Positions 19,381 through 28,719 are shown, counted from the first letter of the stretch. The stretch: 64,000 nt of DNA from an uncultured beta proteobacterium (GCA_963699525.1 CAVOUI010000014.1:26938-90937); one strand, 5' to 3'. The notes: generated by a model from the sequence alone, not told the origin. Numbers and translations: made by a program.

Positions 19381-20046
19381 ATGGTCAAGCGGACAATCTG
19401 GGCGTCGCTGATGGCCGGCGGGCTGCTTGCCGCCGCCGCGGGCTGCGTGGACCCGCGCAGCCAGTCCCACGCGGTGTACGTGCTCGTCGACACCTCCGGA
19501 ACCTACGCGCGCGAGGCCGGGAAGGCGCAGGTCATCATCAATTACCTCCTGGGCACGCTCCAGCCGGGCGACTCGCTGGCGGTGGCGCGCGTGCAGAGCC
19601 GCAGCTTCAGCGAGAAGGACATCATCGCGAAGGCGATGTTCGACCAGCGCCCGACCCAGGCCAACGCCCAGAAGCGCGCGTTCCGCGAGAAGACGGACGC
19701 CTTCCTGAAGTCGGTTCCGGGGAGCGCCTACACCGACATCACGGGTGGTCTGATCCAGGGCGCGGAATTCCTGAACGAGACGGGCGCGGGGAAGAAGACG
19801 ATCCTCATTTTCTCCGACATGCAGGAGGAGCTCGACAAGGTGACGGTCCGCAATTTCCCCATCAGCCTGAAGAACATCCGGGTGATTGCGGTCAACGTGG
19901 CGAAACTCAGCTCGGACAACATCGATCCGCGGCGCTACCTCGGCCGACTCGACGCCTGGGAGAAGCGCGTCGAAGGCGCCGGCGCATCCGAGTGGAAAGT
20001 CATCAACGACCTCGAGCGGCTCGACGCGATCTTCGCCAAGAGCTAG
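19381..20046 (+). CDS. vWA-domain lipoprotein
   Basis: Lipobox-like AAGC; MIDAS-like LVDTSGT, YTDI and ILIFSDM. Confidence 0.85.
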   Translation: MVKRTIWASLMAGGLLAAAAGCVDPRSQSHAVYVLVDTSGTYAREAGKAQVIINYLLGTLQPGDSLAVARVQSRSFSEKDIIAKAMFDQRPTQANAQKRAFREKTDAFLKSVPGSAYTDITGGLIQGAEFLNETGAGKKTILIFSDMQEELDKVTVRNFPISLKNIRVIAVNVAKLSSDNIDPRRYLGRLDAWEKRVEGAGASEWKVINDLERLDAIFAKS

Positions 20047-20106
20047 CAGCGCAAGTCGTCAGGCGGCACGAATACCAGCCGCCAGTCACGCATCTACAAT
20101 GAGCGG

Positions 20107-21093
20107 GTGCAGCCCGCTCCCTACTCCGAACTCACGCCGGACCGCGCGCTCAACGCGCTCGCCAGCATCGGGCTGCGGCCCGACGGCCGGCTGCTGTCGT
20201 TGAACAGCTACGAGAACCGGGTCTACCAGACGTGGATGGAGGAGGGCTCGCCGCTGGTGGCGAAGTTCTACCGCCCGGCGCGCTGGAGCGACGCGCAGAT
20301 CCTGGAGGAGCACTCGTTTTCACGGGAGCTGGCGGACCGCGAGATCCCGGTCGTCGCGCCACTCGTCGTTGCCGGCGCCACGCTGCACGCGTTCGAGGGC
20401 TTCCGCTTCACGGTGTTTCCGCGCCGCGGGGGACGGGCGCCCGAGCTGGACGATGTGCAGACGCTCGAGTGGATCGGGCGCTTCCTCGGCCGCATCCACG
20501 CGGTCGGCGCGACCCGGGACTTCCGCGAGCGTCCCGCGCTCGATCTCGACAGCTACGGCGTCGAGCCGCGCGAGTGGCTGCTCGCGAGCGGCCTCGTCCC
20601 GGCGGAATTGGTCGAAGCGTGGACCCGCGCGACGGCGCTCGCGCTGGAGGGCGCGCGCCGCTGCTACGAGCGTGCTGGGAATGTGACGCGAATCCGCCTG
20701 CACGGGGACTGTCACGGCGGCAACGTGCTGTGGACCGAGGCGGGCCCGCATTTCGTGGACTTCGACGACTGCCGCACGGGGCCGGCGGTGCAGGACCTGT
20801 GGATGCTGCTCTCGGGCGACCGGGAGTCGATGGCGCGGCAGCTTGCAAACGTGCTTGCAGGTTACGAGGATTTCAGCGAATTCGATCCACGCGAACTACA
20901 CCTGGTCGAAGCGCTGCGCACCCTGCGCCTGATCCACTATTCCGCGTGGATCGCGCGGCGCTGGGACGATCCCGCGTTTCCCGCCGCGTTTCCCTGGTTC
21001 GGGACCCAGCGCTACTGGCAGGACCGCATTCTCGAGCTGCGCGAGCAGATCGCGGCGATGGAGGAAGAGCCCCTGCGCATCACTCGGGCTTGA
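20107..21093 (+). CDS. srkA: Stress-response Ser/Thr kinase SrkA/RdoA (YihE)
   Basis: LNSYENRVYQ, KFYRPARWS..QILEEH, RLHGDCH.GN, FVDFDD..GPAVQDLWMLL, RRW.DPAFP.AFPWF. Confidence 0.93.
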   Translation: MQPAPYSELTPDRALNALASIGLRPDGRLLSLNSYENRVYQTWMEEGSPLVAKFYRPARWSDAQILEEHSFSRELADREIPVVAPLVVAGATLHAFEGFRFTVFPRRGGRAPELDDVQTLEWIGRFLGRIHAVGATRDFRERPALDLDSYGVEPREWLLASGLVPAELVEAWTRATALALEGARRCYERAGNVTRIRLHGDCHGGNVLWTEAGPHFVDFDDCRTGPAVQDLWMLLSGDRESMARQLANVLAGYEDFSEFDPRELHLVEALRTLRLIHYSAWIARRWDDPAFPAAFPWFGTQRYWQDRILELREQIAAMEEEPLRITRA

Positions 21094-22078
21094 GGCCGGC
21101 CCCTCGCGCGAGGTCGAGCGCGACCTTCAGCTGCTCGACGACGAACCGGTCGAGCTCCGCCGGCGTACCGGGCGCCGGCTCCATGCCGACCGCGTGCAGG
21201 CGCTGCTCGTTCTCGGGAAGCTTCAGCGCGGCCGCAACTTCGCGGTTGAGCCTGTTGATGACGGCGCGCGGCGTCTTCGCGGGCGCAAACAGCGCCCCCC
21301 ACGAGTCGTAGCGGAAGCCCGGCAGCCCGGACTCGGCGATGGTCGGAATCTCCGGGTTCATCCGCGTGCGCTGCGCGGAGGTGACCGCAAGCGCGCGCAG
21401 CCTGCCGTCCCGGATCAGTCCGGCCGAGGAGCCGAACGGCGCCATGAAGTAGTGAACGCGGCCCGTCATGACCTCGGTCAACGCTTCCGGGATGCCCTTG
21501 AGCGGAACGTGCACGATGTCGATGCCGGCGCTCGCCTTGAACATCTCGCCGCCGAAGTGCGTGGCGCTGCCCGTCCCCGCCGAGGTGAAGTTGAGCTGAC
21601 CGGGCTTCGCCTTGGCGAGCGCGATGAGGTCCTTGACGGTGCGCACCTCCAGCGTCACCGGAACCACGAGATAGTAGGCGGCGTTGTAGGTCAGCGTGAC
21701 CCCGGCGAAGTCCTTGACCGTGTCGTAGCCCAGGTTGGCGCGCACGGCGGGCGTGACCACGTGGGCTGCGGATATGGAGAGCAGCGTGTGGCCGTCGGGG
21801 TTGGCGGACGCGACGATCCGGGAACCGATCATGCTCCCGGCGCCGGGACGATTGTCCACGATGACCTGCTGGCCGAGCGCATCGGTGAGCCGCGGAGTGA
21901 TCAGGCGCGAGACGATATCGGGCTGCCCGCCGGGTGTGAACGGCACGACGATGCGCACGGGCCGGATCGGGTAGCTTTTGGCCGCATCGGTCTTCTGGGC
22001 GATCGCGCTCGCGGGTGCGCCGAGCACGATGCAGACTGCGGCGCAACTCGCCGCGCCGCGCGAAAATCGATTCAACAT
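21080..22078 (-). CDS. Bug/TctC substrate-binding protein
   Basis: YPIRPVRIVVPFTPGG, DNRPGAG, PDGHTLL, PTIAESGLPGF. Confidence 0.93.
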   Translation of the reverse strand: MLNRFSRGAASCAAVCIVLGAPASAIAQKTDAAKSYPIRPVRIVVPFTPGGQPDIVSRLITPRLTDALGQQVIVDNRPGAGSMIGSRIVASANPDGHTLLSISAAHVVTPAVRANLGYDTVKDFAGVTLTYNAAYYLVVPVTLEVRTVKDLIALAKAKPGQLNFTSAGTGSATHFGGEMFKASAGIDIVHVPLKGIPEALTEVMTGRVHYFMAPFGSSAGLIRDGRLRALAVTSAQRTRMNPEIPTIAESGLPGFRYDSWGALFAPAKTPRAVINRLNREVAAALKLPENEQRLHAVGMEPAPGTPAELDRFVVEQLKVALDLARGAGLKPE

Positions 22079-22177
22079 GACGTTCCTCCTATTCCCTTCT
22101 CGTGTGGGGTGACGTGATTATAATCCCCGGTATTTCCCCGCTTTGGTTGCCAGCGATTCCGCAGGAGGCGAGACGAC

Positions 22178-23051
22178 GTGCCGTTCGCGACGATCAACCG
22201 CATCAAGATCAACTACCGGCTCCAGGGGTCGGGCCCGGCGCTGCTGATGTTCGCGCCTGGCGGCTTCGGCTCGGTCCTGTCGCGCTGGACCCGGGAGGGC
22301 GGCAAGCGCGAGTGGCAGGAGATGGACGCACTGACCACGCTGTCGCGCCATTTCACGACGATCGCCTACGACCGCCGCGAGGCCGGGGAGTCCGGCGGCC
22401 GCATCGAGCCGCTCACCTGGGACCTCTACGTCGAGGAGGCGAAGGGGCTGCTCGATCTCGCCGGAGAGGGGCGGGCGATCGTGCTCGGCAGCTGCATGGG
22501 CGCCGCGCTCGCTCTGGCCTTCGCGGTGCGCCACCCCGCGGCGTGCCGGGGGCTCTACCTGCACTGGCCGGTCGGCGGCTACCGCTGGATGATGAAGGGC
22601 CACAACTTCTTCCGGCGCCACATCGAGTTCGTGCGTGCCAACGGGTTCGAGGCCGTGGTGAAGCGCGCCCCGGCAGGGCAGAAGCTTCTGGGACGATCCC
22701 GAGATCGGGCCGTGGGGACCGCCGACGATCGTGGATCCGGAGTTTGCCGCCCGGTTCGTGGAGCAGGAGCTCGGGCCTTACATCGGCATCTGCGAGCGGT
22801 CGCGGGAAGCCCTGTTCAATGACACCATGCCTTCGGGGGCAAGCGGCGAGGAGCTGATGGAGATGCGGATCCCGGCTTTCATCCAGTCGGGGAACGATGC
22901 CTCGCACGCGCACTCGGCGGCGTGGGCGCTGAAGGAGTTGATGCCGCAGGCCGAGTTGTGGAACGTGCTGCCCCCGCACCAGAACGGGCGCAACACGCTC
23001 GAGCAGATCCTTGCCTTCGCGAAGCGGCTCGAGAAGGACGCGCCCTCGTGA
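22178..23051 (+). CDS. Alpha/beta-hydrolase fold protein (apparent frameshift near 22680)
   Basis: INY..QGSGPALL, AYDRR.AGES, elbow GSCMG; C-terminal half (IPAFIQSGNDASH) lies in ORF 22731..23051. Confidence 0.8.
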
Positions 23052-23770
23052 CCGCCGGGAGAAGCGTCATCGCTCGCATGGACCGGGTGGTGAACGACTT
23101 CGTCGCGCGCTGCCGGTATTTCCACGAGCCGATCACACGGGGCCGGGCGCGGATGTTCGCGCTGCAGCACCGCCTCAACACGCGCCAGCGCAACTCGGTG
23201 CTGAAGCTCAAGGTCGCGACCAACTGCCCGGATTGGGACATCCGCATCCGCATCATCCAGGCGTGCAGCGAGGAGGTCATCGCCGACCACAAGCACGGCG
23301 GCGGGCAGCCGCACTGGAAGATCCTGGAGGATCTCGGCGTGCGCATCGGGCTCCAGCGCTCCGTCATCCAGCGGGCGCAGCCCTTGCCCTCGACGCAGCT
23401 CGCGTGGGCCGCGTGGGATGGGCTGATGGCGAGCCGGCACTGGCTCGAGGGCGTCGTTGCCAATACCTGCGCCGAGCGCGTCAACATTCCCGGCTACGGC
23501 ACGGGGCTGTTCAGGAAGGTGGGCTGGTTCGGGCTCGAACGCCGCCGCTGGGGAAAGCTCTACGGGCTCGCCGGCGCGGACCTTGAATTCTTCGAACTGC
23601 ACGAGCAGGCCGACATTGAGCACAGCGACGCAGGCTGGCACGCGGTGGAGCGCTTCGCGCGGAAGCTCCGGATGGAAGACGCGGTGGTCGCCGCGTGCGA
23701 GCGCAACCTGCGCGTCTGGGAGCACTACCTCGACGGCATTGCCGCGGCGGGGGACAAGCTTAGGGGTTGA
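23048..23770 (+). CDS. Heme-oxygenase-like diiron enzyme (TenA/PqqC/CADD-like fold)
   Basis: EEV..DH...PHW, CAERVN and FFELHEQADIEH diiron-ligand pattern; GTGA overlap with the upstream hydrolase. Confidence 0.78.
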   Translation: MTAGRSVIARMDRVVNDFVARCRYFHEPITRGRARMFALQHRLNTRQRNSVLKLKVATNCPDWDIRIRIIQACSEEVIADHKHGGGQPHWKILEDLGVRIGLQRSVIQRAQPLPSTQLAWAAWDGLMASRHWLEGVVANTCAERVNIPGYGTGLFRKVGWFGLERRRWGKLYGLAGADLEFFELHEQADIEHSDAGWHAVERFARKLRMEDAVVAACERNLRVWEHYLDGIAAAGDKLRG

Positions 23771-23779
23771 GGGATGAGG

Positions 23780-24736
23780 CTACTTGTCGCGCGGGCGGTC
23801 GGGAACCGGGTGCGACATCGAGTGGGTGATGCGCCGCAGCCGCTCGAATTCTCCCCTCTCGATCGTTTCATGCAGGAACCGCATGTTGCGCGCGATCTCC
23901 TCCTCATACAGGTTGCGGCCGTCGAGATGCGCCTCGGCGTAGCGCTCCACGCCCTGAAGCCTCTTGTCGAGCCGCGGCCGCGCGAGGTACTGGTAGAAGC
24001 CCGGCGTCTTGATGACCAGATCGGTGGCTGAGGCGTAACGCACGATCTCGAGTCCATCGGGCTGGGTCTCGCGCGCAATTCCGGCCCAGACGAACTCCCA
24101 GTAGAGGAAATCGCGGCACTTCTCGATGTACTGGCGGTCGGCCATCTGCGCGAGCAGGTCGGAAGTGCCGGCGATGCAGCCGAGCAAACGATCCTTCGCG
24201 TTGTCCAGCTCGAATTTCTCGAAGTCGAGCTCGTAGCCGGTGAAATGCGTCAGTTGAGCGGCGGTATTCGCCTCCGCCGCGAAGCCGATAGCGGGCAGGT
24301 ACCTCAACAGGAATTCGGCGCTGCGGCTGACATGCACCTTGGTAAACACGGCGCCGTTCTCGATATGGGCTTCCGAGTTGCGCCGGATATAGCCCGAGTC
24401 GTGAAACAGCGCGACCATCACGCCGAGCATTGCGTGGCGCGCTCCGAGCCGGTCCGGGACCGCGCAGACGCGGTCATGACCGTCGATCAGGCGCGCCGTG
24501 GCGAGGGACATGTCGAGACTGTGGCGCAGATCGTGGTAGAGCGTGTCGCAGGCGAGGTAGCCCGGGTAGCGGCCCTCGAACAGCGCCTTCATGTCGTCGA
24601 ACGCGCGCCGCAGAGGCGTCAGGTCCTCGCCCGGGTAGCGCGCGGCGAATATCTCGAGCACCGCGTCGCGCACCCGCTCGACCGACTCGACGTTCACGCG
24701 GTTGGTCACGTCGTATTCATTGCGCCGCATGTTCAT
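23780..24736 (-). CDS. HD-domain metal-dependent phosphohydrolase
   Basis: YHDLRH...ALFHDSGY...VHVSRS...SDLLAQMAD. Confidence 0.8.
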   Translation of the reverse strand: MNMRRNEYDVTNRVNVESVERVRDAVLEIFAARYPGEDLTPLRRAFDDMKALFEGRYPGYLACDTLYHDLRHSLDMSLATARLIDGHDRVCAVPDRLGARHAMLGVMVALFHDSGYIRRNSEAHIENGAVFTKVHVSRSAEFLLRYLPAIGFAAEANTAAQLTHFTGYELDFEKFELDNAKDRLLGCIAGTSDLLAQMADRQYIEKCRDFLYWEFVWAGIARETQPDGLEIVRYASATDLVIKTPGFYQYLARPRLDKRLQGVERYAEAHLDGRNLYEEEIARNMRFLHETIERGEFERLRRITHSMSHPVPDRPRDK

Positions 24737-24821
24737 GGTGCGAATTATCCCTGCCGCCGTAGAGTGAAGCAAATAAGATTCCACTTCGTCGTGACGAAAT
24801 ACACGCCGCGCTCTTGACCTG

Positions 24822-24892
24822 CGTCATTCCCGCGCAGGCGGGTATCCGGAACGCTGCGATCGAGACGGGGTCCCCGCCTTCGCGAGGACGAC
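24822..24892. repeat. Inverted REP doublet (REPIN-like), family B
   Basis: CGTCATTCCCGCGCAGGCGGGTATCC, ~20-nt spacer, then inverted copy GGGTCCCCGCCTTCGCGAGGACGAC. Confidence 0.8.
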
Positions 24893-24907
24893 TTGAGACA
24901 AACTTCC

Positions 24908-25570
24908 TCAGCGAATTTCGATGAACTCGTCGACGAAAATGCGGTAGGTCTGCAGCTTGGGCTTTTCGGCGTCCTCGGGCTTCACGTAGCGGATCGAGCT
25001 CCTGCCCCGCAGCTCCCGCGGCAGGATCATGACCCGCGCGAACGCGGTCGGCGCGGATTGCGACGCGATGGCGAGGACCGGGTCCGGGCCCGCCTCGAAC
25101 CAGGCGCCGCCTGGCTCGATGTCGCGGGATTCTCCGTTCACCTCCACCCGGATGGCACCCGTCAGCAGGCAACGGATTCCCGGCCCGCGGTGCACGTGCG
25201 TGTACGCGATGCCGCCCGGCGGGAAGTCCACGCGGTCGCAGCGCATCAGGTAGCCGCCGGGGTCCGGCAGGTTAACGGAATGGGCGAGCGTCAACGTCGA
25301 GGCGACGCCCGCGCCCGCCGGGGCGGTCTGCGAATCTTCGCCGGCGCCGAGTTCCCAGCGCAGCAGCGTCGCGCCTGCGGCGCCCGCGGTCACCGTGACG
25401 GCTTCCGATCCGTGCCATGCGCTGTTCGCAGCGAGCCCGGCGGCCTGGGCGCCCGCGCGAAGGACGGCATCTCCGTCGCGCACGTAGATGACGCGATTGC
25501 GGCCGGGCAGCCGCTCCTCCGCCTTCGGCCCGAGACGATCGGTGAACAGGCGGAGGTTGAGTTGCGTCAC
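24908..25570 (-). CDS. Cupin-domain protein
   Basis: RCDRVDFPPGGIAYTHVHRGPGIRCLL.G...WFEAGPDPV; GTG start overlaps the Bug stop. Confidence 0.8.
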   Translation of the reverse strand: MTQLNLRLFTDRLGPKAEERLPGRNRVIYVRDGDAVLRAGAQAAGLAANSAWHGSEAVTVTAGAAGATLLRWELGAGEDSQTAPAGAGVASTLTLAHSVNLPDPGGYLMRCDRVDFPPGGIAYTHVHRGPGIRCLLTGAIRVEVNGESRDIEPGGAWFEAGPDPVLAIASQSAPTAFARVMILPRELRGRSSIRYVKPEDAEKPKLQTYRIFVDEFIEIR

Positions 25571-26559
25571 TGTTTCGGGATCTTGGCCGTCTCGATGACC
25601 TTGCCCCACTTGGCGATCTCGGAGGCCACGAGCTTGCGGAAGCCCTCGGGCGTGTCGGGGCGCGGGTCCACGGCGAGCTCGTGGAAGCGCTGTTTCACGT
25701 CAGGCAGCGCCAGTGCTTCGACAATCGCCTGGTTGAGACGGTTGATGACCGCCTTCGGCGTGCCGGCCGGTGCTCCGAACCCGTTCCAGGACATCACCTC
25801 GTAGCCCGGCACGCCCGCCTCCTGCACGGTGGGAACGTCGGGCAGTCCCGAGAAGCGGGTGCGCGTGCTGACCGCGAGCGCCCGGAACTGCCCGGCTTTC
25901 ACCATGCCGACGACCGGCGCGATGAACTCGAACGCCACCTGCACGCCGTTGCCGCGCAGGGCGGTCAGCAGGAGGCCGGTATTCGTATAGGGAACGTGCA
26001 CCCAGTCGACGCCGGCCATGGACTTGAACAGCTCCGAGGAGAGGTGCTGCGTCGCGCCGATCTGGATGGTGCCGACGTTGAGCCTGCCGGGATTGGCCTT
26101 GGCGGTCGCGATGAGGTCCTTCACCGATTTGATCTGCGAGTCCGGATTCACCAGCAACACGATGCTGAAGGTCGCGATGGACGAGATCGGCGCGAAATCC
26201 CTCAACGTGTCGTAGGGCAGGGACTTGAACAGCGCCATGCTGATCGCGTGCGCGTTGTTGAGGAGCAGCAGCGTGTAGCCGTCGGGGGCGGCCTTCGCCA
26301 CGATCTCGCTCGCGACGATGCCGCCGGCGCCGGGCCGGTTGTCGACGACGATCTGCTGCCCGAGCGCAGTGCCGATCTTCTGCGCGACCACCCGCGCCGT
26401 GATGTCGCCCACGCCGCCGGGGCCGAACGGAACCAGCAGGCGGATGGGCCGCACCGGGTAGGCCTGAGCCGGGCCTTTCGAAGCGGTCTGAGCGTGGAGC
26501 GGCGCCGCGACGGCCGCGAAGGCGACGAGCGCAGCGAGTCGGGTCCGGGTTCGAAGCAT
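25567..26559 (-). CDS. Bug/TctC substrate-binding protein
   Basis: YPVRPIRLLVPFGPGG.GD..AR, DNRPGAGG, APDGYTLL, PDVPTVQEAG. Confidence 0.93.
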   Translation of the reverse strand: MLRTRTRLAALVAFAAVAAPLHAQTASKGPAQAYPVRPIRLLVPFGPGGVGDITARVVAQKIGTALGQQIVVDNRPGAGGIVASEIVAKAAPDGYTLLLLNNAHAISMALFKSLPYDTLRDFAPISSIATFSIVLLVNPDSQIKSVKDLIATAKANPGRLNVGTIQIGATQHLSSELFKSMAGVDWVHVPYTNTGLLLTALRGNGVQVAFEFIAPVVGMVKAGQFRALAVSTRTRFSGLPDVPTVQEAGVPGYEVMSWNGFGAPAGTPKAVINRLNQAIVEALALPDVKQRFHELAVDPRPDTPEGFRKLVASEIAKWGKVIETAKIPKQ

Positions 26560-26704
26560 GAGGTCTCCTCGTATTTTTTGATGTCGCCACGACAGCGGGT
26601 CTCGCGCGAGTTAGCGTAATCCATGTGGGACGGTAATCGCTCCGGCCGCCACGCGCGGGCCCGGTACGGATATGATTGCTCTCGCAAACGGGGAGGGGAT
26701 ATCC

Positions 26705-27565
26705 ATGGCGCTCCGGCTTCGCAAGCTCTCGTACGCGCTCGGCGCCGAGGTGTGCGGCGTGGATGTCGCGCAGCGCATGAGCGAGTCGACCTTCGGCGAG
26801 ATCTACGAGGCGTTCCTCGCTCACGGCATCCTCTTGTTCCGGGATCAGGACGTGACGCGCGAGCAGCACATCGAGTTCAGCCGCCGCTTTGGCGCGCTCG
26901 ACCGGCACGAGGCGCTGCCGCGGGACCGCCATCCCGACTACCCCGAGCTGCTGATGGTCACCAACGAGCCGAAGTCCGACGGCAGCCCCTCCGACACCAA
27001 GTACACCGGCCGGCAGTGGCATTCCGACATGTCGTTCACCACGGCACCCTCGCTCGGCTCGCTCCTGAAGAGCTACGCCGTGCCCGAGGTCGGGGGCGAC
27101 ACCTTGTTCGCCAACCTGTATCTGGCTTATGACACGCTGTCCGCGGGGATGAAGAAGCTGATCGCCGGATTGCACGGCATCCACCTCTCCGGCACGCGCA
27201 AGCTTGCGAACGACACGACCGGCGTCACCCGAGCCGAGGAGCAGAAGCGCATCAATCCGCCGGTCGCACAGCCCGTGGTGCGGGTGCACCCCGAGACCGG
27301 GAGAAAGGCGCTCTACATCGGGGAGAAGGTAAAGCGCTTCGACGGCATGACGGAGGAGGAGAGCGAGCCGCTCATCGACTACCTCGTGCGGCACGCCACG
27401 CGCCCGGAATTCCTCTACCGCCACCAGTGGCGCAAGAACGACATCCTCGCCTGGGACAATCGCTGCGTCATGCACCAGGCACTCGGCGATTTCGACGAGA
27501 CGCAGCTGCGGCACATGGAGCGCACCACCGTGCTCGGCACGCCCTCCGGCTACGTGGTCGCGTAG
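26705..27565 (+). CDS. TauD/TfdA family Fe(II)/2-oxoglutarate dioxygenase
   Basis: WHSDMSF, GGDTLF, VVRVHPETGRKALY, WDNRCVMH. Confidence 0.93.
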   Translation: MALRLRKLSYALGAEVCGVDVAQRMSESTFGEIYEAFLAHGILLFRDQDVTREQHIEFSRRFGALDRHEALPRDRHPDYPELLMVTNEPKSDGSPSDTKYTGRQWHSDMSFTTAPSLGSLLKSYAVPEVGGDTLFANLYLAYDTLSAGMKKLIAGLHGIHLSGTRKLANDTTGVTRAEEQKRINPPVAQPVVRVHPETGRKALYIGEKVKRFDGMTEEESEPLIDYLVRHATRPEFLYRHQWRKNDILAWDNRCVMHQALGDFDETQLRHMERTTVLGTPSGYVVA

Positions 27566-27590
27566 TAGCCGGCGTCACCCATCACGCCTT

Positions 27591-28034
27591 CTAGGTAACT
27601 TTGTAAACGACGTCGTGCTCGCGCGCGTGCTCGCGCACCTTGAGCCCGAAATCATCGCCCGGCCCCACTTCCTGGACGGACGCGTGGTTCACCTGTATTG
27701 AATCGACCCGCTGCTCGAAGTCGGTGGTGTGGCCGCGGATGTGGATGGTATCGCCGACCCGCAGCCGCGCCGATTCCAGCTTCACGACCGCGACAGTGAG
27801 ATGGCTGTAGTAGTGGGTCACGACTCCGATGCGCTGGCCGGGGGGAGGCAGGGTCGCCGGGCTGACCGTCGCCGGCTTGCGTGCCGCCGGCCGTGCGGCA
27901 GGCCTCCTTGCCTTGGGGGCGGCGCGCCGGGCCGGCGCTCGTTTCGCCGGCTTCTTCGCCGCCTTCTTGCGGGCTGCCGGCCGCCTTGCCGGCGCCTTCT
28001 TGCGCTTGGGCTTCGCTTTCTTCCTGGTTGGCAT
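27591..28034 (-). CDS. K/A/R/P-rich N-terminal tail fused to a translation-factor-like beta-barrel
   Basis: ~55-aa basic low-complexity tail, then IGVVTHYYSHL.VAVV.L...LRVGD.IHIRGHTTDFEQ.VDSIQ..H...GDDFGLKV. Confidence 0.75.
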   Translation of the reverse strand: MPTRKKAKPKRKKAPARRPAARKKAAKKPAKRAPARRAAPKARRPAARPAARKPATVSPATLPPPGQRIGVVTHYYSHLTVAVVKLESARLRVGDTIHIRGHTTDFEQRVDSIQVNHASVQEVGPGDDFGLKVREHAREHDVVYKVT

Positions 28035-28130
28035 CTGCGACCTCCCGGCGGGGAGTCCCGCCCGACTCGTAGAGAATAGCTGACGTTACATGCTAATCCA
28101 CTCCGGGCCGGGCGGCAAAATTGGCTCATG

Positions 28131-28180
28131 CTCCCACCACCCCCGCCGCTGTGCGGCGACCCCTCCTCGGGCAGGAGGGG
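28131..28180. repeat. REP-like double-hairpin element, family A copy 2
   Basis: CTCCCACCACCCCC-GCCGC tgt GCGGC-GACCCCTCCT cgggc AGGAGGGG. Confidence 0.8.
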
Positions 28181-28191
28181 AGGTCGCGCGG

Positions 28192-28719
28192 CTACGCGCG
28201 GGGACGTGCGCCACCGTGGCGCGACCCCGCGTGCCGGCGCGGGGTGAGCAGCTCGTCGGCAATCTTCTGCTGCTCGGGCGAGAGCGCCGCGTAGAGCGGC
28301 TTTGCGGCCGCCAGCGTCTCGGACATCCTCGTGTAAGCCGCCGCCAGCCGCACCTGCCCGCGCTCCATCCGATCGATTGCCGTGGGCGGCGCGCCCTTGT
28401 CGCGTCCGGAGGCCTCAGTGCGCGCGGCTTGCACCCGCTGGTCGGCCTCGCGCGCGTGCTTGCGCAGCGTGTCGGCGAAGCCGTTCCACTGCGCTTGCTG
28501 GGCATCGGTGATCTTCAGGGCGGTCTTCAGGTAGGCGAGACGCGCCTCGACGCGCTCGCTGGGCAGCCGGAACGCGCGCTGCCCCTCGTGCTGCGGTTGC
28601 GCGAAATGCCGCGCCTGCGGTCCTTCGCCGCCGGGACCGGCCGACTGCGCAAGCGCCGGGCCGGCGGCCGCCGCGACCAGGGCGGCGGAAACGAACGTGC
28701 TCAAGAGGGTCTTCTTCAT
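28192..28719 (-). CDS. Spy/CpxP (LTXXQ) family periplasmic protein
   Basis: Signal peptide; LKTALKITDAQQAQW and LYAALSPEQQKIAD LTXXQ-like motifs; AAGGAG RBS. Confidence 0.85.
   Translation of the reverse strand: MKKTLLSTFVSAALVAAAAGPALAQSAGPGGEGPQARHFAQPQHEGQRAFRLPSERVEARLAYLKTALKITDAQQAQWNGFADTLRKHAREADQRVQAARTEASGRDKGAPPTAIDRMERGQVRLAAAYTRMSETLAAAKPLYAALSPEQQKIADELLTPRRHAGSRHGGARPRA

Noticed and set aside
17910-20102. 730-aa ORF spanning the membrane protein and vWA gene
   Set aside because: The tail is out-of-frame low-complexity sequence; the vWA gene has its own RBS, start and lipobox.
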